Source: Macrostomum hystrix
Lineage: Eukaryota; Animalia; Platyhelminthes
Direction of reading: 5' to 3'
Assembly: GCA_950097015.1 (NCBI GenBank)
Contig: CATNEN010000002.1
Location: 3,906,001 to 3,970,000 of the forward strand
DNA length: 64,000 nucleotides
Notes under the pieces: generated by a model
The model's database searches: none
Told to the model about the DNA's origin: nothing
Seen by the model: the letters and a program-made list of their open reading frames with translations, nothing else
Program-made: the position numbers and the translations under genes
Shown: one piece after another, positions 1 to 12,180 of the stretch
Numbering within the stretch: the stretch's first letter is position 1
How the letters are laid out: every line of letters begins with the position of its first letter

Positions 1-571
1 ACTGTCGAGTCCAGTTCGCATTTCCTGGCAGGGTGGGAATTGAACTTGAATATAAAATTCAATAAATAAGTCACAAATTTAAGTAATTAAAAGCATCTTT
101 TACCTGTATTTAAGCCTAAAAGTGCCACTACATCTTTTGGTGCCGAGTGCGATTGTTCTCCAGTCCAGCAGTTGTGCACCACGGAACATAGGGAAAAAAT
201 GAATGAAAGCAGGAAATTATATTGAGAACACGCAGATTGAGAGCTGAATCGCAAATGATACTAAATCTTAAACTAAAAGTAGCGTTCATTGCTTTGATTT
301 CTTGATTTACGTACCGGAAACAAGACAAAATAGGTCAACTTTGTGAGAGGGAGTCTACTATAACAGCAAATTTCTGGGTATAAAGAATGTGAATAGATAG
401 AATAAAATATATGAAGTGATTGGTTCGTGGATATTCAGTACAGAAGGTTGTAAAACACCTAGACTAACTAGTAGTGACGTCTTGGCCAGTGCAAAAGATT
501 GAAACGCGCACTGTTCACTTTCACGCCACGATGAGGCGCGTCACGTTCGTGAAAGAAAAATTTATCTGACA

Positions 572-1215
572 AATGCAGAGGGAAAATGTCAAAGCAATGA
601 ATGCACATTGACAATCCCAGCATTAGTTTTATGCAGAGGGAAAAATGTCAAAGCAATGAATGCCCATTGACAATCCCAGCATTAGTTTTATGCAGAGGGA
701 AAAATGTCAAAGCAATGAATGCACATTGACAATCCCAGCATTAGTTTTATGCAGAGGGAAAAATGTCAAAGCAATGAATGCACAGTGACAATCCCAGCAT
801 TAGTTTTATGCAGAGGGAAAAATGTCAAAGCAATGAATGCCCATTGACAATCCCAGCATTAGTTTTATGCAGAGGGAAAAATGTCAAAGCAATGAATGCC
901 CATTGACAATCCCAGCATTAGTTTTATGCAGAGGGAAAAATGTCAAAGCAATGAATGCCCATTGACAATCCCAGCATTAGTTTTATGCAGAGGGAAAAAT
1001 GTCAAAGCAATGAATGCCCATTGACAATCCCAGCATTAGTTTTATGCAGAGGGAAAAATGTCAAAGCAATGAATGCCCATTGACAATCCCAGCATTAGTT
1101 TTTTGCAGAGGGAAAAATGTCAAAGCAATGAATGCACATTGACAATCCCAGCATTAGTTTTTTGCAGAGGGAAAAATGTCAAAGCAATGAATGCACATTG
1201 ACAGTCCCAGCATTT
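572..1215. repeat. 59-bp tandem minisatellite, about 11 copies
   Basis: Unit tgcagagggaaaaatgtcaaagcaatgaatgcccattgacaatcccagcattagtttta; shifts 1 nt per 60-nt line. Confidence 0.95.
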
Positions 1216-1314
1216 TTTTGTGTCAGATAGCAGATACTTAATAGTTAAGTGTTGCATTTTGACTTAAATATTATGAGACTTTTTGGTTTGATGCACTTAG
1301 CTGCTAATATATAT

Positions 1315-3995
1315 TTAACACGCGGTCTCGTCATCATCAGAATCATCTGATGCTGAATTGAATGAGTTATCTAGATCGTCCAGTCGTTCGTTAGAATCAT
1401 TTTTGTCTAAACTGTCAACCGTGGGAGTTAAACTTTGGATTGAGTCTTGGTTGACTGAGAGCATTGCTATAGGGACACTTTCAATTTGCCGGTAAATAAT
1501 CTGAAACAGTCGGTGAAAGTGTGCCGGTAGACCTGGTTGACCTTCTAAAGTTATACAATGCTCTTGAATACGCTTCTGAATATCACGCCATTCATCAAAA
1601 AGAAAGTTTTTTTCCTCATCAAGCCTCTATTTTTTATGACTTACGTCAATGGCGCGTCTACGAAAGCTTCCTGTAAAATCGTTTTTAGCAATTCCGGAAT
1701 AGAAGCTATGCTTAGGGTTTTGAAGTTCTGTAAAAGTTGGTCTATCGTTTTGTGGCATCTATTTGGAATAGAGTTTCTGCATTTCCGAAGTTAGACTAAA
1801 AACTCTACGAGCACAACTTTTTGTTCGACTTTGACCTGTGGAAGTACCAAGTTCTCTAAGCCAATATATTCTTTGAGTGGCAACTGACCTTAAAGAGCCC
1901 AGCGTATCTTCTTCAAGAGAGGCGTGACCCGAAATTGATTCCATATGCCATTGCTGGCCTAAGACCAGAATCTGCTCATCCGATACGTCAAAGCGAGTGT
2001 CAATACAACCAGAATTTTTTAAGACAGCCATTTCATGCATTAGAGCTTGAATTTCGTTTTTTATTGCTGTAGAGGTAGTTGTAATCAATTTCAACCTTTG
2101 CGCAAACCACACATGTGCATTTAAAAGTTGTTGAGCATTGAAATTGTGTAAAATATGGGATATGGACATTGTCCTCCGATCATTCCGCATGTACTTAAAA
2201 AACTTTCCATACGGTCTTAAGGCAGCCCAGGCTCGTTCAGAATGCTCACCGTCACACAAGCCAGCTCCCGGAGTAACGCGTACGGATAAATTCAGCTGAC
2301 AGCTAGTTTTATGTCCAAGGACGTGAAACGCATTAACAGCACACATGCTGCTATGGACATCAGCCCCGGACTGTGCAACGATAGACTTGACCCGATTGGA
2401 GACACGACAACCTGAAATTGAAACGATTTCGAGTATATTCGAGCAAGAAAACATTTTATGCCACTTTCAATATTTTTTGGAAAACTGTTAAAAATATTTT
2501 GCACGAAGTATGAATTATAATGATATGATTTAAACTGTACGCATGTTAAATCGGATTACTCACCAACGTCATAAATAAACAGTAGATGCTTTGACACTGG
2601 CGTCGTTTTTAAATAATGAAGCAGGCATTCCTCTGGATAGCAAAGACGCTCTCCTGGAGTATTTATATTACACCCTGTCACAAGCCTATTGTGTCTGCAG
2701 AACAGACCAAAGAATCCATAGACGTTGTTCCGTGAGGCACCTCTCGAGGTCTCTTTAGTTGTACTACCAGCTCTCCAGTTAGGACAACTGTCAGGCTCAG
2801 GATGATGGACAGTAGAACCTTGTTGAGAATTTCCATCTACGTAAATAAGAGGTTCAGGCAAAATACGACCATCACCTGGTAAATCCTTCTGCTTTCCACC
2901 CGACGCTGCAAATTGCTGCCAACCGAAGAGACCATCACCACATAGAACAGTCTTGCGTTTAGAGTTTTTTTCTGGGCAACTTAGGCATGTTTTTGGCCAA
3001 CATGAATTATGGTTTTGCAACTCGCGAAAGCGCAAAAGTACACCGTACCGCTGAATACGTTGGTAGACACTCTTCGCTAAGTCTGGACTCCAGCAACCTT
3101 GTCCCACGACTGTGCCCTTAAAGAATGAGTGAATTGCTCTATGCATAGGCAACTGTCCATCCATGCACATTGAATCAAGAAGTGAAAGGAAACTAAATGA
3201 AAAAAAGTTAAACATTCGCCATCTGATGAAGCCGTTGCTGGGAAGTAGCCCTGAGACAGCAAAGCACAACAGGTGTCGCATGCTGCACATGTAAAAACTT
3301 TTGCCTGGACGCTTCCGGTTATGTTAATTAACTGCACGTTGCTCGCTGCATTAAATACTTTGCCTCTCGCACAGTCATTACAGCAGTAAAGTTTTGGAAA
3401 AGATATGGCTGCCCCGGAAGTTTCCTCACTAAACATCAGTAGATCGATCTGCGGGAGGAAGTTACATTTTAGTTTACATTTTTGATTGGCATAGATTGCT
3501 AAAATTGCTGTTGAGATCTTTTTTTCTTGTTTCGTTTAAAAAAGTGCACTTATGAGCTAAAGATCACTAAATATATGTAGGTTTGCTTACATTCCAGAGT
3601 AGAAATTTATGAGCAACGAAATCTCCATGAGTTACTTCCTTGCAGTCAGCACATAGATCCACGTTACAGGTTATACAGCGAAAAATACCTTGGTTTTCTC
3701 GGCAGCGTATGCACTGGCTCAAAATAAATGACTTCCGATAACTCGGTGAACAATTTTCAACAAATGAATCATAATTTTCCCACTCGATAAAGCAATCGGA
3801 CGAACTTTCAAAGTCGAAATCTGCTTCTTGAAAAACAGAACTGGACGTGCCAGAAGTGTTTTGAACTGCAGATTTAGCACTATGTTGATTCCAACAGTCT
3901 TTACCGGCAGAGTATTTTGTTGATCTTGGTCGTCCACGCAGGCCAGAAACGTAAGTTACCTTGCGTGTTTTCTTCAGGGTTTTAAAACGGTACAT
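1315..3995 (-). pseudogene. Decayed, intron-containing KDZ (Kyakuja-Dileera-Zisupton) transposase with N-terminal Cys/His (CxC-type) clusters
   Basis: Exons about 3995-3591, 3448-2564, 2411-1315 joined by GT-AG introns. Motifs: CxxC..FRCxxC..LCxxC..H..H; LLSQGYFPAT; CGDGLF; FCRH..GERLCY; YDVG|C across intron 2412-2563; AFHVLGH..CQ; GAGLCDGEHSERAWA; RRRAID..RLDEE. Lesions: frameshift at A7 run 3200-3206, in-frame TAG at 1759-1761 and 1627-1629, further frameshift before the acidic tail. Confidence 0.85.
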
Positions 3996-4773
3996 CTGAA
4001 ATAAGTAAAATGTACTTACTTTAATTTGATTTAATGAAGTTTAATAATGCAACAAATATCATGTTTGACCAGGACTATTTGAATCCTTATTATTTGTATC
4101 CACTACTTTAGGGCACCGCAAAATATATAATAATATAATCATAACGACTAAGAGTTAAATAATCTACCGGAAAATGCCTTTGAAGGTGAAAGCTCTTGGC
4201 TCGTCTGATTGATAGGTAGATCTGGAATTTATTACTTTTCGTTTTCATTTATTTTTAAGTAGTTTCTGTTCAATATGTTGTAGCGGTTGAAATCATTGTG
4301 CCATGTTTCAACAGCTTGCAGCAACTGAGACCAATAAGTACTTTAAACAACTTAGAGGTGAAGTCTGCAGTTCAAAGTGTTCCCAATATTGAATCAGATA
4401 TTAAAAGTTCGCAGCCAATTAACGGCTGTGCTTCTATGTTTACTAATCTTGACTAATCAAAAGGGAAACTAACGTTAGTATTTAAGTTGGCGATATTATA
4501 CTTCTGGCGATTTGAGTATAATATCCCTACCAATTTCAGCTCAAATGAATGCGGCAGAAGGTAGCCTGTTGGGCGATTGAACTGCCATGTTAGTGTTTTT
4601 TTACTAATGGAGCCGAGATATATATTTATGTACATCAGGAATTTAGGCAGCTATCATATGCTAAACTGTAATTGTTTTTGCTTGTTGTAGCCTAGTTCGG
4701 TAATTTACAGAATTTACAGAACTTCAAAAAAATTCGCTTAAAATACGAGCGAATACCAGATACACCCTATCTG

Positions 4774-5380
4774 GTGACCGGCAATGAAACCTGGATACCG
4801 CACTTTGACCCTGAGACCAAGCAGAAAGCAAGGTGTGGGCGTTGAAGGGTTCAGATCCACCTGTGAAAGCGAAGCGAGACCAGCACTGCAAGAAGATCAT
4901 GCTGACCCTTTTCTTCGATCAAGAAGGTTGACCTGACCCTTCTGGGTCTAACCCTGACCATCGACTTCCTTGGGCCTAACAGCACGGTTAACTCGGACCG
5001 GTACACGGAGACGCTGACTAAGATGAAATCAGACATCCGCAACAAGCGCAGGGCTGCGATGAAGCCTCACCTCCTGTTGCACGACAACGCTCGACCTCAC
5101 ACGGCCAAGAAAACGCTTGATCGTATCAACGAACTCAATTTTGATCTGCTTGCGCACCCACCCTACTCACCAGACTTAGCTCCTTGCGACTACGCAATTT
5201 TCCCTCAGTTAAAGAAGCACCTGCGGGGGCGCATCTTTGACCATCGCGACAACTTGGAAGGTGAATTCAGGCGGGTTCTGCTGCACGAAATTCCGCGTCG
5301 AGCTTATGCAGATGCCATCAATGCGCTTCTCACGCGATGGACTAAGTGCTGCGAGCTAAGGGGGACTTCGTCGAAAAGTC
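4774..5380 (+). mobile_element. Mariner (Tc1/mariner, DD34D-type) transposase fragment, 5'-truncated and frameshifted
   Basis: LVTGNETWI (first catalytic D appears as N), KIMLTLFFDQEG, LLLHDNARPH, HPPYSPDLAPCDY, and GDFVEK in a shifted frame; no TIRs located. Confidence 0.9.
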
Positions 5381-7119
5381 GTCAGTCGACGGCGATGGCG
5401 ATGCTGCCAGGGGTTAGCGATATGGGCGGCACCGGCCGCCTCCTCGCTGCGTCTGTCATGGAGGCTCCCTGCCGCTAAGTCAAAGAAGTAGGTCAGCAAT
5501 GGCGATGCTGCGTGACCGATTCCGCTGGCCTTGACTTGGTGTAACTCTACCCCTTACCCCTTGTTCTAATTTTAGCTAAAACTTTTTAATGAGTTGACAT
5601 ATTTACTTGATTTAAAAAGCATTAGAACTGCTGGATGTTTATATATCAGTGACGTAAGTTTCAATAAACTATGTTGCACCAGTTTGCCTGTGCATCGATT
5701 TTTCCCGCTATTTCTGGGACACCCTACGTATAAAAACAAATATTTCAGAAACGACTTTGAAAATTTTCGTCTTTACTTCCATGGATTTCCTTCCAATTTC
5801 AATGAGGTGAATATAATTTAACACATATTTTGTTAGCATGTTGCAGTAAATTTTTAGACTACATGATAAAATTCTGTAAATTTCATTGCATTTTCTTATT
5901 TTAGAACAATGTCAAATGTCTGTTAGAGCAATTGGAATCCCATCGGATGTTCGCATAATCAGGCCGCTAACAGCAGCGACCTTCTTGCCGCCATGGACGT
6001 GTTCCAGCTGGTGGCCAAGTCAGAGGGTCTGGGACCACTTCAGATGGGCGTCACCGGTGTCGACATGTTTGATTTGCTGCTCCAACCATTCCATGAGGCA
6101 GCCGCAGCAATAGCTCTGCAATGAGTTTTCTGATGTTGGTTACTCAAATGCCAATATCTGTAAAGTGACTGGTCACAGGCAGGTGAAAACAGTCAAGCAG
6201 TACCTGCAATTTGGAAGTCAATGCACATTCAAGATGTAGGCCACGTGCAGCGCACTGCATACATTTCTACATAGAGCTAACTCATCCATAGGCAACACAA
6301 ATCAAGTGGAGACAAATGTTAATTTTTGTTTCTCTATTTATACTGTTAATATACAATAGATTTAAAAAAAAGTTGAATATGTTTTTTGCTGCATGCATAA
6401 ATGCATTGGCAACATTGCCATGCCAGTGTAATTATGTAGTGTGCATTATGCAGGCCACTGACCAATTTGTACACCACTGCATGCCACTTCTGAAAATACA
6501 CACAGGAAAATTCTTGTCTGCACTACATGATCCACACTATGGATAGATATGGCATAGGCGTTATCTGCATGCTTAAGTGTTGTACAAGAAAAGTTTGTTT
6601 GAGACACTACAACCAACTATAGTCATCAAAACTATTGTGTCTTGAATGTTTTTGTACATATGATTGTTGGATTATGTTTATTCCAGTCTGGTGAGCTGGA
6701 AAGTCTAGGCAATCCTAGATTTATTGCATTGTGCTCCAACACTAAAACTTTTGTTGCTGATTCTTCAGGCCAGCTAGTGAGAGAGAATTGGCAGGTGATA
6801 TCACTGTGAGGCTCCCTTTTTGTTCCGTTTTACATGGAGACTAAAGTTATGAGATTCTTGCCTTTTCAATTGATGGGTCTGTCTGTCTAAAAGCCCAGAG
6901 GGATTTTGATTTGCCAAAGGAAATCACAGGTCTTAGCTGTGACAGCAAGTGCCAGGCTCTCTACATTGCTCAGTGGAATTCATTTTCTGTGGCAGGTTTA
7001 ATTGGCTGCAGTTTGAGGGTGATCGATGTAGGCAGCCAGCCAGACTGTTTTTAGGACTGATTGCAAAACAAAACACCAGCAGATAAGCATAAATTTTGAG
7101 CATGGATTCATATGGATAA

Positions 7120-7230
7120 AATTGAAATTATAAGCATAGGACCACGTGGATAAAATTGAAATTATCAGCATAGGACCACGTAGATAAAATTGAAATTATC
7201 AGCATAGGACCATGTGAATTAGCACTTCCT
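7120..7230 (+). mobile_element. Diverged solo copy of the right TIR of the MITE at 11507-12180
   Basis: About 3 copies of ggataaaattgaaattatcagcataggaccacgt ending gaattagcacttcc, matching ggataaaattaaaattatcggcatgggaccgtgggaataagcacttcc at 12133-12180. Confidence 0.65.
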
Positions 7231-8609
7231 ATGGGACACAGCTAGGCCCTGGAAGCATGGTTAATAAAAAATTATTAATTATATTAGTTGTCTATACAAC
7301 TACGGGCAACATATTTAAGGAAAATATGAGTGAATAGAAAGCACTGACGGTCATACTTACGTTAACAAATAGCTAATTTGACGATTTAATCTAAATTAAT
7401 TAGAAACTTTATATTTACTATTTTGCTATAAAAATGCGCTGCGACAAAAAAATTGCAATGCTTTTGACTGAGACTTCAAAATAAATTAAAGATTTAAGAA
7501 TAGATCTATTATCTAGTAGTAGTATCAGTAGATAATTAACACAAGTAACCTAATCGGTTTAGGATAGCATAGTGTAGTGCGGCTGGAAATGTTCTTTTAA
7601 AATTGCGCTAAATATTTAATTGTTGCTATACAGTAACTATAGCGATTGCAAATAACATTATTATGTTATTAATTTCTACTTTTATGACCCTTGAAAATAA
7701 TGCAAATATTAATTATAAATTATTTTAATCGTTGTCTAATTAAAATATAATCGCACCAGTTTGAAAAGCGCGCTGCAATCGATTGTAAGTGTAAGGCGCG
7801 GCGCGGCGTGTAAACTGAAGACGTTAAATTGCTGTAGTAAAACTGTTTAAATTCGCGGCCTTCAAACCCAGTTATACTACAATAGAATAGGATAGAATAT
7901 TGGATAGGAATAAAACAACCGCAAAAACTGTAATTTAAAATTTAAATTTCAAGTCAATAAAGCGCTTGTCTGTAACTAAAAACTGTTAAAGCAATTTTAA
8001 TTTTTGTGCAATAAAATGAGATTTTTTACTAATTCTACGTTTTGTTTTTAGCGTTTGTTTTGTTTTAACGTGTTTACGTAACATTTTATCGTCCGGGAGT
8101 TTAGTTTGCGTGAAGGAATTGGGACGTACCAAAATAAACACATATGAACACAAAATGAAGCAACGTTTAATAAAAACAGAATGTATATGAATAAATTTCG
8201 AATTTAGATTGCAGAAAACAAAAAATATCAAATAATTCACAATTGGTTATGATCGATCGTGTAACCTTTCAATGGTCCCTAGCAATCGAAATTCATTACT
8301 AATTCATTTGTTGGCCGGAACTCGGGAGGGAGATAAGATACCAAACTATTACCTTATTAATGTACGAAACACAGTCCCTCTTCCTCTATTTAGAATCTCA
8401 ATCTTGTGCATCGGAACGCGCCAAATTTTTAAATTATGCATACTTACATACCTAGCTTCTACTTATTCATTCCTATATTTATAATTGTATACTTATTCTC
8501 TCTTGTATCTTCTAAATTACAGATTTTAGGTTCAACTGTTACGGTATAGAATAAATAAGAATGAAAGAACGATTAAGAACGATAAAGAACTTTTAAGTTG
8601 GGCTTTCTA

Positions 8610-9542
8610 CCAGCCAGTATAATAACATTTTTTCCCTTCACTTCTATCAAGTCCGTGTAGATTGTTGAGTAGCGCTGAATCCTCGCATGCGGAAGGTCCC
8701 TAGCTCGATTACCAATTACATTTGATTTTTGTAATTGACGAAATAAAACTTATCACTTTTTGTCATTTATTCTTTTCATTCCTCCTTTCTATTGATCTGT
8801 CATCTATTTCATTTCTAAAATGCATATAATATGCCTGTGTTGTATTATAGTTCTTGCCGTTCTAGCCAAAAAGATATAATTCATTATGCAAGAGTTTTCC
8901 ATATACGAAATTCGTTCGCCACTGCTTCGAGTTCTTTCGAGTTCTAGGGACAAGTTTGGTTTCTTTTGAAAAATGGCTTTGTCATGTATGTATCTCATGT
9001 ATCTCATTGAGCTACTTAGTCGAAGTTATTCTACACTACGCCGTAAAAATGGCTTCCCTATATGTTTGGAAATGTCTAGAAATGGCTAGTGTTATGGCCA
9101 GCCAGTATAATAATATTTTTTCCCTTCACTTGTATTAAGTCTGTGTAGATTGTTGAGTAGCGCTGAATCCTCGCATGCGGAAGGTCCCTAGCTCGATTAC
9201 CAACCACTACTGATTTTTGTAATTGACGAAATAAAACTTTTTCACTTTTTGTCATTTTTTCTTTTCATTCCTCCTTTCTATTAATCTGTCATCTATTTCA
9301 TTTCTAAAATGCATATATGCCTGTGTTGTATATAGTTCTTGCCGTTCTAGCCAAAAAGCTATAATTCATTATGCAAGAGTTTTCCATATCGAGTTCTTTG
9401 AGTTCTAGGGACAAGGATTCTAGTTTGGTTTCTTTTGAAAAATGGCCTTGTCATGTATGTATCTCATGTATCTCATTGAGCTACTTAGTCGAAGTTATTC
9501 TACACTACGCCGTAAAAATGGCTTCCCTATATGTTTGGAAAT
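8610..9542 (+). repeat. Tandem duplication, two copies of about 490/445 bp, each with a degenerate tRNA-like head
   Basis: Copies start ccagccagtataataa at 8610 and 9098 and both end atgtttggaaat; tRNA-like gtagattgttgagtagcgc...ctcgcatgcggaaggtccctagctcgattacc at about 8651-8715 and 9139-9203. Confidence 0.85.
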
Positions 9543-11506
9543 AAGTTATTTATATAGTTTCTTACTACATGCACGTGGGTTAGGAATGCAATTCCCCCAA
9601 GGCCACCGCCAGTAAGGCTAGCCCCCCGTGGGTCCACGTGGAATCACCCGGCTAGCCGAGTATTTTTTGACTAGTGGAAGTGTCGGCTAGCCGGCGGCCG
9701 TTAGATGGGCCGAGAGTCAAAATATATTTAAGTTTAACAGGGCGACAAGGAAGGGGGGTTGGTTAGAAGGGTAACATGTGCGCGGACTGGCCAGAGGTAA
9801 GAGATGAAACGCAGGGGAAGGAAAGAGAGACGAGGTGAGAGCCAATCAGAGCCGAGAGAGAGGATAAGGCTAATAAATAAATTGAACAGGCAGGGGGAGA
9901 GAGAAGAGAGTACATTAAGAGGGCGTGCGAAATGAGAAACCAGGGAGAAGTTAATACAAGCAGAATTTTCGAGAAAAAAATTTACTGAAAAATTTAAGCA
10001 GCTAATTTTACAGATTTTTTATGTGCATGGCTGATTCTATTTACTAGCCTACAGCGACTACTAAATTCTAGTCATTTAGCAGTATATTCTACTATACATA
10101 TGCAGCTGTTGTTCCTGGATCCTGATGTCAAATACCATGTCTATCCCAACGACCTAACTGGCTGGTCAAACATTCCCAATGTGACGACAACAAAATTATT
10201 AAAAGAGCAGCAGAACTAAGGCCGACTCCAACGCGATTCATTTGGGACGGATGAAGTTGCAGAACGATATGTAAATTTGGAGCTGGTCAAGCAATTCTAA
10301 CTGGTGCCAGTCTCCTAGCCACACTAAGTAGACGCTGCACTGCCTGAAGAAAATGCTGCATGACCCATCACGTCGAATACTGAAGAGATCAAAAAAATTA
10401 TGTTCAAGCGCGATTTCTAGATGGCAGCGTCGTTAAAAATATTTGTTGTAAGGATTGGCTGGTATTTGGTACAAGGACCACTATTAATCCTAGGCAGTCA
10501 ACATTGAAGTCCTTGAATTTTAAACGAAATGAATTGTAGCATTTTCTTTTCCAAAATTTGCTAAAAAATCCGTGTATATTTTCAGAGCTTTTTTGTGATT
10601 TTAGATGTAAAAAGTAGGGGCCTAAAATAAAAATTTTTAATGGCTTCGAAAAACACGTTTGCATAAGCAAAGTTACTGACTTTTAATATTAGAGCCGATC
10701 CTGTTTGTTTGAACCCAGCAAACACGACAGAATGAAAGCACGAGTTTAAAAGTCGTGTGCAAGTAGTTTTTCATCGAAAAATTATTAACAGGTGCGCTTG
10801 ACTTACTTGACTTAACAGGTGCGCTGGCAGAGCCCGATTTTTAAGGGAAAAATAAGTTATTTGTGTTCGACGTTAATTGTCGACCATTGTTTTGAGATTT
10901 TGAGCTACATTTTTTGTTAAAAAATATCAGTATAAAAACGCTTTTCAGGCACATGTTGCATGTCTTATTGTCTATGGGTATGCTTAGTAAAAAATTCCAT
11001 ACTATTTAGTGACTACTAGTCATACTATATACTAGCTACCTTGTGGGAGAAAGAAATAGCTATGATTGCTTTTTGCTCAGGTCGTTCAGAATTATTTCAG
11101 ATTTATCGGTTAATTAATTTAAGGCTTTTTATTACAACTGTAGTTTTCCAGATTCCAGGTTGCATTTACTTTATTCGATTTTATGTGATTTGTGTCCTAG
11201 TGCTTCTCTCTTTAATTATCACTCTAAGGATATGATATAAGACCAAAGTTGTTCTAGTACAATTTTTTTACTATCCTAGTCCTACTTCTGACACCAACGT
11301 TGTTACTGAGGTATTTTGATATAATAGGGCCCCTATCTAAGTAATTTCAATATTTATGTCTCCTAAGTTCTGAGTATAGGCTTTCCAAAGAGCGTTACCA
11401 ACCAAAGATCTCAAGTGTACAGCAATACTTTCTACTTCTCTCTCTTTAATTCTTCTAGCATTCGCCTCCATATGTTTTATAAAGTATGAAATAACACTTC
11501 TGAGTA

Positions 11507-12180
11507 GGCAGAGCTTATTCCCACGGTCCCGTGCCGATAATTTCAATTTTATCCACACGGATCCGTGCCGATAATTTTCTGCTTATCCACACGGCAGCTT
11601 GTATGAATAGGTCTAAAACTCTTTATATAAATATGCCGTGCCGTTAATTTCAATTTTATCCACACGGTTCTGTTCTTTAAAACGAGGCCCTTTCGGGTTT
11701 GAACGTTTGTTGAACCCTCGAGCCAATAGATCGACAAAGTTGACAGTGTGTTACGACAGTGTTCTACATTCGACCTACATATTCATTAACCGACATTAAT
11801 GTCATCCTTTTTAATTATTGTAATAACAACTTACTAAATCTTTTGTCATCGTTACATGTTTTCATTCGAATTGTATTGACTTAAAAAAGTAAGAAGTCTA
11901 TCTAAGAAAATCATACGAGTCAACCAGTAGAATTCTAGTCAGCACCAAACTCGTCACACATTATAAATCATTGTTATTCTTTTACACTATGCATTGATAG
12001 TGTACACTATACACTATACTCTGAAGCAAAAGCCTTATGCTCAGAGAAGAATAGGTATAGGGACTTAAAAGTAGACCTATTCATACAAGCTGCCGTGTGG
12101 ATAAGCAGAACATTATCGGCACGGATCCGTGTGGATAAAATTAAAATTATCGGCATGGGACCGTGGGAATAAGCACTTCC
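11507..12180. mobile_element. Non-autonomous DNA transposon (MITE), Mutator/MULE-like, 674 bp
   Basis: About 109-bp TIRs (11507-11615 and 12072-12180, few mismatches), GG...CC termini, perfect 9-bp TSD TTCTGAGTA at 11498-11506 and 12181-12189; no internal coding capacity. Confidence 0.9.

Noticed and set aside
572-1215. Regular repeat arrays as CRISPR candidates (also 13235-13878 and 59340-59450)
   Set aside because: Head-to-tail units with no unique spacers, no cas genes, and eukaryotic context.
499-7815. Possible KDZ element ends (ttcactttcacgccacg near 520 versus cgcggcgtgtaaactgaa near 7800)
   Set aside because: Only about 14/18 matches and no TSD identified.
8651-8715. Functional tRNA genes (also 56022-56090 and 57620-57685)
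   Set aside because: Acceptor stems cannot be formed; treated as SINE heads or pseudogenes.
9648-9695. 12-bp inverted repeat ccggctagccga..tcggctagccgg as a Helitron 3' hairpin
   Set aside because: The CTAG lies in the loop rather than downstream, and no 5' TC end or second copy was found.
10100-10440. Short frames such as MQLLFLDPDVKYHVYPNDLTGWSNIPNVTT resembling transposon accessory proteins
   Set aside because: Multiple stops and no diagnostic motif recognisable without a search.
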